A stretch of 41,936 nt of DNA from Chlorokybus atmophyticus (GCA_009103225.1 RHPI01002949.1:1-41936), one strand, 5' to 3'. Positions 1 to 11,899 are shown, counted from the stretch's first letter. Notes: generated by a model not told the origin, from the letters alone. Program-made: numbers and translations.

Positions 1-2477
1 GTTGCAACTTAATCAAGGGGCATGAGAAGCATACGTTGGTGGAGGATGTTGGTCCACTCGATGGTCAGTACCCTAGAGAACTGTTTTGTCAACATGCCTT
101 CAGATCGCAAGCAGTGCCTCCAGATCTGGAGACCATTGTTCAAGATATCATTGAGGCTTGTGAGGGCCTGCCGCTTGCACTGGAGGTCGTGGGCTCCTTT
201 CTCCACACGCGCAGAAAGGGTGATGTGCAGGCTTGGAAAGACGCACTGTGGCGACTGCAGCAGGCAACCGCAGTGGCAGGTACAGCTGACAACAAGCTCT
301 GGGACAAGCTCAAGCTCAGCTACGACTACCTACAACCCGAGACGCAGCAAGTGTTTTTGGATATCTGCTGCTTTGCGTTGGGGAAGAGCAAGGACATGCT
401 GCTCCCAGCGTGGGGCGGGTCAGATGCGCTGAATTGCCTGGTGGAATGGTCCCTCGTTCGCTTAAGTGGAGCCCTGGATGATTGGTCCGAAGATCACCGA
501 GTCTTTGCGTTTGGTTTTATGACTCTGCGTCATGGCAAAAGTTCAATCCTTTCGGTGCATGACCAACTTCGGGACATGGGGCGAATGATTGCCAATTGTG
601 CCAACCCGCCTAGGCACATTTGGTCGCCAATGGCATTGAGCGCCAAATCCATGAAGGTGCTTGCAATGCCCACGTTCCGTCATGGTTCCTTCACCTCATG
701 TCCCGTTCTACTGGCCTGTCAAGGATTGCTGCTTGCATGCATCCAATGAGAACTTGCAATCCACGGTGTTCTAGGAGTGTGTTACAACACACTGGTGGAG
801 TGAACACGTGTGTATTGCTGTTCATTGCATTGTTGTTGCATGCAGGGCTTTGACAACGCCGAGACTATGTCCTGGACTGGTGTCAACAGGAGCCCACCAT
901 TGCGAGGCATGGCCTTCATGCCCCGCCTCCACATGCTGGACCTTGGCACGATTGATTGGGATGGCGAAGTTTACACTCACACTCTTGCGTGCCAACAACA
1001 AAGAGAAACAAGGAAGAAAGAAGGCTGCTGCGTGCGACTCTTGCGTGCAACTACTGCGTGCGACTCTTTCGTGCAACCAATCAGAAAAGCATTTTTCGTG
1101 ACCAAGTGGGTTTTAAAAGACCTGGTATATCTGGAGTGGAAAAGTGCGAGCTGTTCAGCCTTGAACAATTTCTTATGTAATGCCGCTGCACACACAACAT
1201 TGGTCGTCCTCATCGTACATGTGACCATCACCAGATTCAATGTCAAAAGGCTGCGGACTGAGTTCTTAGGAAACCTCAAGGAGCTGCAAGTCCTGGAGCT
1301 GCGGGTTTACCCCACTGGCAATTACAGACAGAACCGTCTAGTTCTAAAGGAGGTGCCTGTGCTTGGCGAGCTTACTAGGCTACAGGCTCTGCATCTCACT
1401 GCATGGCGTTTGAGCATGCTCCCCGAGTCTGTCAGCAAACTCGCCGAGTTGCAAGCGCTAGACCTGAGTATGTGCGAAAGCTTGGCGGCGTTGCCAGACT
1501 CCTTTGGTGAACTCTCTGAGTTGCAAGTTCTGGACCTGAGTTGGTGCAAAAGCTTGGCGGCGCTGCCGGAATCCTTCGGTGAACTCGCTGAGCTGCAAGT
1601 GCTGGACCTGAGTGGGTGCAAAAGCTTGGCGGCGTTGCCGGAGTCCTTTGGCAAGCTCGCTGCTCTGCAATGGTTGGACCTGAAGTTTTGCGACAGCTTG
1701 GCGTCACTGCCGGAGTCTTTTGGCAAGCTCGCTGCTCTGCAGGAGCTGGACCTGGAATTTTGCGACAGCTTGGCGTCGCTGCCGGAGTCCTTCGGCAACC
1801 TCGCTGCGCTGCAAGGGTTGGACCTGCGGGTGTGCGTAAGCTTGGCGTCGCTGCCGGAGTCCTTCGGCAACCTTGCTGCTCTGCAAAAATTGGACCTAAG
1901 CGGGTGCGTCAACTTGGCGTTGCTGCCGGAGTCTTTTGGCAACCTCGCTGCTCTGCAATGGTTGAACCTAAACTTCTGCCACAGCTTGGGGTTGCTTCCG
2001 GAGTCCTTCAGCAACCTCGCTGCTCTGCAAAGATTGGACCTACGCGCGTGCGTCAACTTGGCGTTGCTGCCGGAGTCTTTTGGCAACCTCGCTGCTCTGC
2101 AATGGTTAAACCTGAACTCCTGCCACAGCTTGGGGTTGCTGCCGGAGTCCTTCAGCAACCTCGCTGCTCTGCAATGGTTGGACCTGAACTCGTGCGTAGG
2201 CATGCCGTCGCTGCCGGAGTCCTTTGGAAACCTCGCTGCTCTGCAACAGTTGGACCTAACCGGGTGCATCAGCTTAGCATCGCTGCCGGAGTCCTTCGGC
2301 AACCTCGCTGCTCTGCAACAGTTGGACCTAACCGGGTGCGAAGACTTGACATTGCTGCCGGAATCTGTCAGTAGGTTGGCTCCTGCTGTTGTGGCTGTGC
2401 TGCAGCAGCACCAGCGGGAGGCGGCGGAAGAGGAGGAGGACGGAAGCAAGTCTGCTTCAAAGTCAGCTATTTATTGA
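1..2477 (+). CDS. NB-ARC-LRR (NLR) immune receptor with TIR-NLR-like NB-ARC motifs; 5'-partial. Exons <3..656 and 846..2477
   Basis: The frame is open from base 3. Motifs: RNBS-C (ELFCQHAF), GLPL (CEGLPLALEVVGS), KLSYDYL, RNBS-D (VFLDICCF), MHD (VHDQLRDMGR). A phase-0 GT-AG intron at 657-845 (AAG|GTGC...TGCAG|GGC) joins to the LRR exon, which ends at TGA 2475-2477. The N-terminal domain lies outside the window. Confidence 0.9.
1410..2378 (+). repeat. 13 complete plus 1 partial 72-bp (24-aa) LRR tandem repeats within the NLR
   Basis: The unit LxxLPESFGNLAALQxLDLxxCxS repeats, with the DNA core CTGCCGGAGTCCTTCGGCAACCTCGCTGCTCTGCAA nearly invariant. Confidence 0.95.
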
Positions 2478-2639
2478 TATATCAGTGCAATCGCAGCACT
2501 GCAGGAGCAGGACGGCAGCAAGTACAGCGATTGGGCGGCCTTGCCAGAATCCGTATGTGCTCGCTGGTATGTGCGCAAAGTATGTAGGCGGGTGAGGCAA
2601 TCGGCGCTGCAGGGTATGGTTGCCCCTCACCTTACCAGG
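2478..2639 (+). pseudogene. Degenerate LRR-like continuation in frame after the NLR stop codon
   Basis: The same frame after TGA reads YISAIAALQEQDGSKYSDWAALPESV, resembling the LAALQELDL...LAALPES unit. It ends at a canonical phase-0 donor AGG|GTAAGA at 2640. Confidence 0.45.
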
Positions 2640-2984
2640 GTAAGAGCGGCCGCACACACATGCTCATTTTGCACAGTTGCTCACATTTGTGTACACACAT
2701 ATGCTTACAGCAACACACGTCTTACAGACTGACTGGAAACTTGTGCGTTATGGCACAGGAACCAGCATGCACATGCGTACGCAGACCAATGCAAGCACGC
2801 GCATGTGCACATACCTTCTCCAACAAGGCTGACACGCGCTCACGCACGCAGCCACTTTGGTAGGTCGACCTACACGTACGAGTATGCATGCTGACTTGAA
2901 TACCTGCATGCACATCAAGATTCACAAACAACACTCAACGCAAGCACACCCACTCTAAGACACCGACCTACACATGTTGCTGAC

Positions 2985-5410
2985 ACTGCAGGCGATGGTT
3001 ATGGTGTTGAGCACCTGCTGCTGGTGTACTGGCTGTGATGGCTATTTGTCATGGGACCCACCCAATCGCTGAATACACCACCGGTGGCAAGGGTTGGTGC
3101 TCTGACTACAATGGCAGTCGCATCTCTTGGTCACCAATGGGTGGTCGAGGACTGTGTAGCCTTCCCACGCTGCAAGGAGCAGAGCAATCTGCGCAGAGGC
3201 GAACACATTTTGCAGCATCGCCAATGCTCGTCATGTTTGCTACGCTTTTGAGATTTGCATAGCAGTTGCTATTGATCAGGATCACGACTACGGCAAGGCC
3301 ACAGTCCTGCATCGATGGGCGCTGGCGAGTTCCAAAGCAAAGCTGGGGCTCATTGGCCCCGACACTGGCGCAAAGGCAGAGCATGTACGACGAGGTGAAC
3401 GCCCTTTCAGACAGACAGGAGTGATAGGCGCTGCCAGCCGCTTACCATGCCTGGCTGTTATTATTTACAATGTAAACGGTCATAGGCTCTAAGAGCTGTG
3501 CTGTTGCACGGCACCTGTAAGTACGGCAAATATGTGCCTGTTGCCATTCTGTCTGCTCATATCAAAGCAGACTAGGCAAAGAGGGTATGGAGAGTTATGT
3601 CAGGTTGACGGCACTTGCAATGATGCATTGTATGCTGATCGTGCTCGAAAACGTTGTGTCCAAAGGTTGCGCATGGAGTGACTAACATGCCCGGGCTGGT
3701 TATAGTATGAAACTACAACGAGTTGGTCGATTAATTCCGCTCGTTCACCCTTAGTGCCACTACCCAACAATGCTTGTTACCCGATGGGATCTGCTTTGTT
3801 GGGTAAGGCTATGTGACAAGCCATGCATCATTGGCTGACTATATAGTCGCTGCTAGGCGAGGCTATGCGCACTAGCCTGTCCTCTTGGTGCAGGCAGTGT
3901 GCCCAGCGAAGAAATGAAATAAATAACAAGCGTTTCGCGGAGCGGACGAGACAGCGCCGAGAAGCGCTGTTGCAGTCGATGGTGGATGCTGCAAATTATG
4001 TATTATTGCGTCGTATATCACTGCGGCTCTCTCCGCGCTGCCCTGTCAAGAAAATGATGGTTGGGTGGCTTCCTAAGCATGCTGCATCCATGCGAGCAAG
4101 CAAATTGGGTACATTGCTGAGACAGGCTACACTCGCAATTACAACACTGAGCATGATACAATTTTCAGGGATGCTGTCAGCTGCATGCGGATCTGGTGTT
4201 GCAGCGGAAGGCCAACAGCATGACACCCGTGCATTATGCATGTGTTGAAAAAACGCTGCATCCTACAACTTAACGTATACACATCCACTGCATCAATCAA
4301 AATTGAGCGCACCACTCATCCACACATGCAGTCCCCCACATACAATTCCACATGCATATGCTCTTCAGCCACACAGTCACAGACATGTACTCTCTCTCGC
4401 ACTGACACTCGCACACACTTCTATTCGTTGATACTCGCAGACTTGCACGCGATGACATATTCTCAATACACTCACCTCACACGCCCATTTGTGCAATCAC
4501 CCACCCCATGAACATGTCTTCTTAATCACACAAACCTGATCAGACCGCTGGGTGCATGCAAGTGTGGCCATGAGAGCATCAGAAGCGGCGGAGTGAGTGC
4601 CAACCTATGCTGCAGCGGTGGTGGTATGCCCACTGGCCAGGCGGCAAGAATGACGCCTACTTCATCCCACGGCGACGACCACAAGGCTGCCGCCGCCCCC
4701 GCCCACAAGGACAAGCCGATGATTATTGTCACCGGCAGCGCGACAAGATTTGGCGGCGACGGAGGCAGTGGGTTGAGGCGGGGTGACTAGCAACTACTGC
4801 TGTTTCCTTGGTAAATAGCAGAAGTCCACCTGCCGTCTTGCCATCTCTCTCTCGTTCATTCTTCCCCCCTTCTAACCTTTCTCTTCTCGCCCCCTTTTCA
4901 CCTTTGCCTTCTCCCCATGCTTTGTTGCTTTCTCGTGCATGCACGCCGCTGCACCCTGATTCACTGCTGGCTCTTCTGGTACGTCTACGCACACACCCAT
5001 TGTACACCACAGCACTTACACGCACACTCATGCACTTGGCTGCATGCGCGTGGCATGGCAGCCCAAGTGTCAAGCAGACAATCAAATCCGAGTTTCACCA
5101 CCTCAAGATCTTACAGATGCAATTCTGCAATGCAACCCATGCTTGCTCTAGGCGCCCATCGCTTGTCCCAAAGTGGTTGTCAATTGTCACTTGTCAATCA
5201 TCTGGATACATACAATGCACTTGAACGCACAACCTCCAGACATTGTGCCGCTTGTACTGTTTAGAAGTTTCCTATACCCACCGCATCAGTACACACTGTG
5301 CGTGCGCGTACTCGTGTGTGCGTTATGTACACAACTTAACTTGTATGCTTGGGAAACAAGAGCGATTGTACTGACTTGCACTTCACTTGTGAATGTTTAG
5401 AGGGGGCGCC
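2985..5410 (+). repeat. Diverged ~2.4-kb segmental duplication, copy 1 (copy 2 at ~18970-21280)
   Basis: Colinear matching blocks at an offset of ~15.8-16.0 kb. Examples: GGCTGACTA(TA)TAGTCGCTGCT 3834 vs 19738, CATGTGTTG(A/G)AAAAC 4239 vs 20040, CCGCCCACAAGGACAAGC 4699 vs 20589, TGTCAAGCAGACA 5067 vs 20953. Boundaries are approximate. Confidence 0.75.
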
Positions 5411-5451
5411 TTGACAAGTGTGTGTTGTGTGTTGTGCATTTGACCTTTCAG

Positions 5452-6637
5452 GTGATTGTTGCCTGTGATGAGCATTACGAACGGTTTTCACTGAAAGTAC
5501 CAACCGAGGATGACAAGATGGGAGCGGGAACGCACGACGAGTACACCAACATAGCGAACAAGGTTTACGAGGAGCAGAATCGCTCCGGCTGGTTGGTTCC
5601 GGTCATCTTCAAACCGCCCGGAGTGAGAAAGCATTTACCCGACGGGATTAGGAAGTTCAGCTACTTCACCCTTGGCGATCAGCAGGCAAGTTCACAAAAG
5701 AGTGGGTGTAGCATTTGCTCCAAGCTGTACACTTCTGTTTGGGAGACATGCGCTTGCAACATGCGCACAGTCACCTTGCATTGCTTGACAACTGCGCATC
5801 AGCAATCAGAGTGGTTTATTGTTTCCATCTTCGTGCACCAGGAACCCTGGGTTGGATATGACACCCTCGTGAATCACTTGGGCACTCTCCAAGCCTTCGT
5901 GCAGCCCATGCCATCACAACATAGGTTCGCATTGCGGCCTGGTTTGCATGTGTTGGCTTACCACATAACGCACGTAGTCTGAGTTCACTTGACTTTGCAG
6001 CGCTTCCGAGTCACCGCGAGTGGGCGTGCTTAGTGTTCCCGAGCTGCGGAAAAATGAGACAGAGCTTACTGACAAGTGGCGCAATGAGGTGCAAGACGCC
6101 ATGGACACAATACAAGCCTTCATGCAGACCTCGCCAGACTACTACGCCGACTTCAGAGCATATCGCGCTAGCGATGATAGCCAGCAAGAAGGGCCCTTGA
6201 AAAGAGTGGAGCAAGCACGCAGGTCAGACAACCTATGATGCATTGCAATATGAAGCCTTCACCTGATGGCCAAGTACTGATATGACCTCCGCACCAACAC
6301 GACATGACATGACAGGGTTCTGCGGGACTTCTGGCGTTCAGCATACAAATGGTACATGGATGGCATGTTGCCTCCTGACTTTTTCAGCAAGTCCAATGTC
6401 TGGTGTGCAAGAGGCAACACTTTCCGGCTGATGGTTGAGCCGATTGACATTGCCAACTACTATCGGCTCGAGCTGTGGAAGCAGTGGCCTGTTGGCAATC
6501 GACATTACCTTGAGGCAGACAGTCGGCCAGAGTACTACACGTTCTTGGAGCTGCAGTACGAGAAATATAACAAGACTGCTCCGCCGTCGTCAACACAGCG
6601 CGCATTGGACGAAATGGATGCCATCGAAGCAAAGTGA
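5452..6637 (+). CDS. SEFIR (TIR-fold) domain fused to an EDS1-type EP domain; 5'-partial. Exons 5452-5685, 5842-5924, 6001-6222, 6316-6637 (286 aa + stop)
   Basis: The SEFIR C-terminal half reads VIVACDEHYERF...GAGTHDEYTNIANKVY...LVPVIF...HLPDGIR..YFTL...GYDTLVNHL. The EP domain reads DYYADF...RRVLRDFW...MLPPDFF...W...GNTFRLMVEPIDIANYYR...HYLEADSRPEYY, matching the EDS1/PAD4 pattern GYYDSF..FWD..LP.DF..W..Y..LVEPLDIANY.R..Y...RP.RY. Intron phases 0, 2, 2 all match and the exon sum of 861 is divisible by 3. The upstream exon(s) were not identified. Confidence 0.85.
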
Positions 6638-6703
6638 TGAGTTGCAGTGCTTTGCTCTCATCTCGTTACAAAGTGTACTCCAACTTGTCCAGCGTAAATA
6701 ATG

Positions 6704-6929
6704 CGTGTGTGTGTGTGTGTGTGTGTGTGTTTATGTGGTTGCTGGATGTGCTCAGACTCAAGATCCGCATATATTTGCATGTGTGTGATTGCGTTTCTCC
6801 GTGTGCGCGCGCGCGCACACGCATGCCGCATACATGATCACCGGGCTAATGACACCCTACCTCTACGCCTACTGCCCCCCTGTTCATTATTCACCGTGCA
6901 TACAGCATGCTCAAGCACGCGCGCGCGCG

Positions 6930-7000
<71 letters not shown>
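6704..7000. repeat. Microsatellites: (GT)n at ~6704-6731 and a (GC)n(AC)n(AG)n run at ~6921-7000 abutting the gap
   Basis: Seen directly in the sequence. Confidence 0.95.
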
Positions 7001-7317
7001 NNNNNNNNNNNNNNNNNNNNNNNNNNNNNNNNNNNNNNNNNNNNNNNNNNNNNNNNNNNNNNNNNNNNNNNNNNNNNNNNNNNNNNNNNNNNNNNNNNNN
7101 NNNNNNNNNNNNNNNNNNNNNNNNNNNNNNNNNNNNNNNNNNNNNNNNNNNNNNNNNNNNNNNNNNNNNNNNNNNNNNNNNNNNNNNNNNNNNNNNNNNN
7201 NNNNNNNNNNNNNNNNNNNNNNNNNNNNNNNNNNNNNNNNNNNNNNNNNNNNNNNNNNNNNNNNNNNNNNNNNNNNNNNNNNNNNNNNNNNNNNNNNNNN
7301 NNNNNNNNNNNNNNNNN
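7001..7317. other. Assembly gap (317 N)
   Basis: Run of N. Confidence 1.
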
Positions 7318-10300
7318 GGGGTAAAGGCCGACTGCGCTGACACCATCAAGGGCTGTTGTTGTGGTGTGTTAGGGCTACAAGACTCTTGCAGCCACAACCC
7401 ATGCAAGAGAGCGGGTGCGGCACACTATAAGATGGGCTATTACAAACCAATTCACAATGATAACTTATACACATCTTCAAGACTACTGAATTGTCCAACA
7501 ACTAAGGCGCATCGTATCAATCAAATGTGTCAATATACCGGTAAGCCAAATCAATCCTCGGTTGGGTGATGAACTTGCAACTTGGGCAACACATCGTTCA
7601 AACAATCCAATAACCCTTCAGAACCTGGATCACATTCAGAATCGGGGTCGATCTGATGATATGTCCACGATTGTAGCAATTCGGGGAGGCGGGTTTCCCG
7701 GTTACCGCCCTGCACATTCCAAGAGAGAAGCTCACAGGGTTGCAGGCAATGCGATGGCAGCAGTACCACCTATAGCATTCAACGGCGTCTGCGCGATTGC
7801 CTTGGCGCTCGCATAGTTATTACACAAGCGCAACTGTTGTGACCATTCATGTGTAAGGAAACGAACCTTCAAGAACACTGGTACAAGCAGCGTTGCCTGC
7901 GTTGTGCTGGTTGAAAATCCTTGTGGATATCTGCAGCCATTCCACTGATACTCCGTGCCCATCATCATACGTGCTCGTGTTGTCCCGTTTGGCAATCTGC
8001 ACATAATCTGGATCTCCCACCACGAGAACCTGCACTGCATTTAGATGACCACAGAGCCGACATCACATACAATAAGTTTTCATGTTCGAATAAGGGACGT
8101 GTGCGCAAACCTTGGTGCCTTCCGCAAAACCCTGCGCAATAAACTGGGCCCATGCCATGGAATAAGGTTTTATCTGATCGATGACTACCTCAAATCCACA
8201 AGCATGTATCCTCCACGCAAGCTGAGACACCTGCACGTTTATGCAACCAGGAGGTGAGCTGATTGCATATATCAAGAGGACAATGCAGTTTTGTTCTCAC
8301 GGTTGGCGACCAGATCACAGAGGTGTGGCCTGCATTCAGTCAACCGTCAACAGTGACACCTTTTGCACGTGCGTCACGGCGCGTTGGCAATAAGACAAGA
8401 AGACCCGTTTATTCTCCAACCCGCCAGGAAGCTTGTAAATTCCGATTGAGATGTGTCCGAGTCGGGATCTATTTAGTAGCATCTGAATTCCCGTAGCCTC
8501 TCGGGAATATGCATTCGTGGGATAGCACCCTGCGCACCAAATACAATTAATGATACAATTGCGGGGCACTGAACGCCTTGAGTCTGAAAACAACTGTTTG
8601 CCCAATGGCAGTGACAGCAAGGGGTGTATGTGCGAGCGAACCAAGAACCAAGAAGACGATTAGTACGAGCCACCTGCCTTGATTGTGCATTTGGTTCAGC
8701 AGACATGTCAGCAGCTGCCACTGCCGCGCAACGGCATTCGCAACTGCATGTCCTTCCGCAGTTTGCTTGACGACATCAACACATTCAAATTTCCCACCGC
8801 CACTACCTGCAGTTCCACTAGCTGAGTCACGACAGTATCAACAAGCTTGCAATCGCAGGGGCCCCCCCTGGGGGGCCTTTGCAAGCAGTGTTTGTGCTGA
8901 GCAACTGCGTGATGCCTAGCGTGCACCACGCATTGGTGCGTTGAGTATTGGTTGGTCACGAGCATGACAGTTACAGGTGCAAAGATCTTGTAGCCTGCAG
9001 TCCCATATTTACTGGTTCAAGTCTCCAATGTGTCCTTATGCGGTTCCCAGTCCAAAAGCACTTGAAGATTGTACTTATCGCGCAGTGTTGCAAGCCAGTT
9101 GACTTGAATGGATTACGATGACAGACCGGTCAATCAGTCGCAAGCCAGCTACTCCTGTCTGGGTGCGGGAGAGATGGTAAGGTCCTCCTCGAGACGGCAT
9201 AATTGGCAATTGCAATGGCAATACCTGTTGAGCGTGTTCTGGACACGCTTAACAATGCGATAGGTATACAGTGCGTCCCAACACGGTGCTGTTGCTGTTG
9301 CTGTTGCTGCTGGCAGCATTGTTGCTATGTGCGGTTGTACCTGTTGTGTCTGTGCTAGTTTCTGCAAAGCAACACGTGGGCTATTGAGTGAACATGAGGT
9401 GCTCCAGGTAATCGGGGCGCAGGCATGGCATGGGCTCACAGGTGTGCATGATGCTGGCACACGCACTTAACCAATACAGTGCCAATTAGGTAGTGTGCGC
9501 ACTGACGTTGTGGTGCACAGTACCTTGGTAAACAAGGCAATGTGCACAACAAAAAAGGCAGTGCAGCATTGAGTTCTAGAAGACATGCCAAAAAGTTTGT
9601 GCACAGCATATGCAACAGCATGCCATACTGTTTGGTAAGCTGTGCTTACATGCTTGTATGTAGCCAATGCACTTGGTGTAGATTGTGTGCAGTCCGACTG
9701 AGCTCACTGCGGTTCAATGAAGACAAAGGACTGCTTTTATGCGTAGCAGATCTAACTAATGCATGTCTTGAAGGAATACACAAAGAACGACAGCATCTGT
9801 ATATAGCACGTGTATGCAGCAATATGCACACATTGGTATGCTGTGAGTCTGCAGGTGTGTACATGTGCAAACACCTGCAGCCTGATTGTTCGATTGGGCT
9901 CCTGACGCTGCTTTGGATATGGCCGCCAGTTCTGGCCCGCTGTGACTGTCATTCCCTGCCGTGGAGCTGATTATACATCGCAAGTCCACCATGGTGACGG
10001 TCCCAACAGCGGCCGCAACAGCGACGACCACAGGGTGTAGCATCATGACGGATGCGGCAAACGCCGCATCAAAGGCAACGCATTGACTGACCATGAACGC
10101 ATTGCGCACCGTATCCTGCTTATTGTGCCTTGACTTGTAGTGCCTGTGCGCGCACAAATGCATCAGAGCACTCAACGCGTGACAGCCATTCGTCACCACT
10201 TTGAGGGTGATCCCACATCAGCAAGCAACTTACACAACAGGTGCATCATCGAAAGCAGCTGCCGCCTCTTCTTTCATAATGAGGCTGGCAACAGCTCCAA

Positions 10301-11381
10301 CAGCAGCTGCCGCAACAATCGCTGGTGTACAGAAGACAGCAAACGAGGGTATGGCAATGGCCCGCAGCACATTGAACAAAGGGCAGTCTTGCTGGGATAT
10401 ACTCTGCAAAAGCAACACCATGAGCGAACGGTCCATTGGCAGAGTCACAACCGGTTGTTGCCGGATGCGCAACAGACACAGCCAGGCATAGTTGTACAGC
10501 TAGCTAGCTCTCCTTGTTTCACAAGTGAATCTGCCACAGAATGAGAACCTCAACCGAGCTCACCTGTTCCGTTGGCTCAATGTCGGATAGGTTTACTCCA
10601 GGGACGGTTGCTTTAGAAGCAAGCTAGCGCTTGGTGAAGGTGCGGTGCGGCCTGCTGGAGGACCGGACGGCAGCTCCCCGCAGCGACTCTCCAAAAAAGG
10701 AAGAGCCAGAACCACGCAAGACTGGCACAATTTTGTGCTTGTCGAAGAATTCGGCCCGCCATTGACGCTCGCCGCAAGAAAACGCCGACACCTCGAGCCT
10801 TACCAACGACACAGCCGGCAGTGCCGTCGCCCCCACCGTCACCATCGCCATAAACAACAGCCAAGCTCAACAGCGACAGCACGCCCACGCCATATCTTAG
10901 GCAGAGGCGGAAAGCCAGCCAGCAACAGCCGCAAGGCGGTCGACCTGGCTAGCCACCCGTGGTTAGCTGCCAGACCTTGACAGCCTGATCGCGCAATTAC
11001 CCTCACCCTAACCCTTATGCTTCCTTTGTATGTGCCACCTCCTCCCCAAGCTTTCGCACGTCACAGCAACAGACCACGCCAACAATGCCGCCACCCTGCT
11101 GCCTCACGCCTGCACCAACGCCAAGGCAACAACCTACCCCTCTGAATGTCCACGTGGATGCCACTCCGCAAACACGTCGGAGTAGCTTCAGGCTGATGAT
11201 GATGACAGTGGCGGAAAGTTGCCGGAAGAACCGCTTGATTGAGCGGGGCTTTGTGCCTCCACAGCACACGCGCCGCTAGAAAGTCCTGCTGACGGTCCCT
11301 CATACAGTATTGATTTGTTGTAATCTACAGGTTGATATCTAATCAATCAGATAAATGAGTAGATCAATCAGTGCTAATCAG

Positions 11382-11870
11382 TAGGGCTGGCCGAACCTAG
11401 GTTCGGGCATGACCGCACGAACAAAGAACAAGAACCTGAACAATATTGTTATCATTAAGTTTAAGGTTCATATAACCTTGCTTTGTTTTTGCAGAACACA
11501 GCACATACACACACAACACAAAGCAAGCGACATTAATGAGTGACATCGAACGAATCAACAATATTGAACAAAAATTCGAATAAAATCTTTGATTGATTGT
11601 ACATAAAATTCATCAAAAGGCGTATATTGATTAGCACAATCACATGCATCATTTGACACGAAGCATTGCATCATCAGTGGCATATATTATGGTAAACAAC
11701 ACATATATGAAACCGTGTATTAGCTAATAGTGTGACGTCTAGTCACGCTGCGTCACGTGTTGCATACAGTCACGCCGCAATGCAGCGTGACTGTGCGTAA
11801 TATTGCGTGACTGCAAAAGGCTCATTCCCTATATGCGTCATGCATAGAGAACGAACAAAGAACGTTCTGG
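11382..11870. mobile_element. Possible end of a hAT-like DNA transposon or MITE
   Basis: An AT-rich block begins TAGGGCTGG and carries a repeated CGAACAAAGAAC motif (~11416, ~11852). No matching opposite TIR was found. Confidence 0.25.
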
Positions 11871-11899
11871 CGATTATGACATTTCTACTCACTTACTTG

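Noticed and set aside
853-876. A GHSLG lipase-like motif (PGHSLGVV) in the minus-strand ORF 822-1076, tempting as the missing EDS1 lipase domain
   Set aside because: It is antisense to the NLR exon and on the opposite strand from the EP genes, with no surrounding alpha/beta-hydrolase features. It is a chance match.
969-1084. Possible extra intron in the NLR covering a 2 x 26-bp repeat (1028-1079)
   Set aside because: The GT at 969 and AG at 1084 give a phase mismatch leading to a stop at 1180, and the unspliced frame is open. Left as coding, unresolved without RNA data.
1410-2378. CRISPR-like or DGR-like reading of the regular repeats
   Set aside because: The units are contiguous in-frame LRRs without unique spacers. 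The context is eukaryotic and there are no cas or RT genes.
1322-2449. Long repetitive antisense and alternative-frame ORFs over the LRR array
   Set aside because: These are shadows of the 72-bp repeat. The same applies to alternative ORFs over gag and pol.
6701-7569. ORFs spanning the microsatellite and N gap; similar CV/HT-rich ORFs at 18256-18930 and 29107-29643
   Set aside because: These are artefacts of dinucleotide repeats and Ns.
7318-11300. Many short ORFs, some protein-like, in the unexplained block; likewise at 15180-15953, 21608-22057 and 25642-25878
   Set aside because: I could recognise no family motif and no consistent exon chain. They are probably decayed TE sequence; translated HMM searches would be needed.
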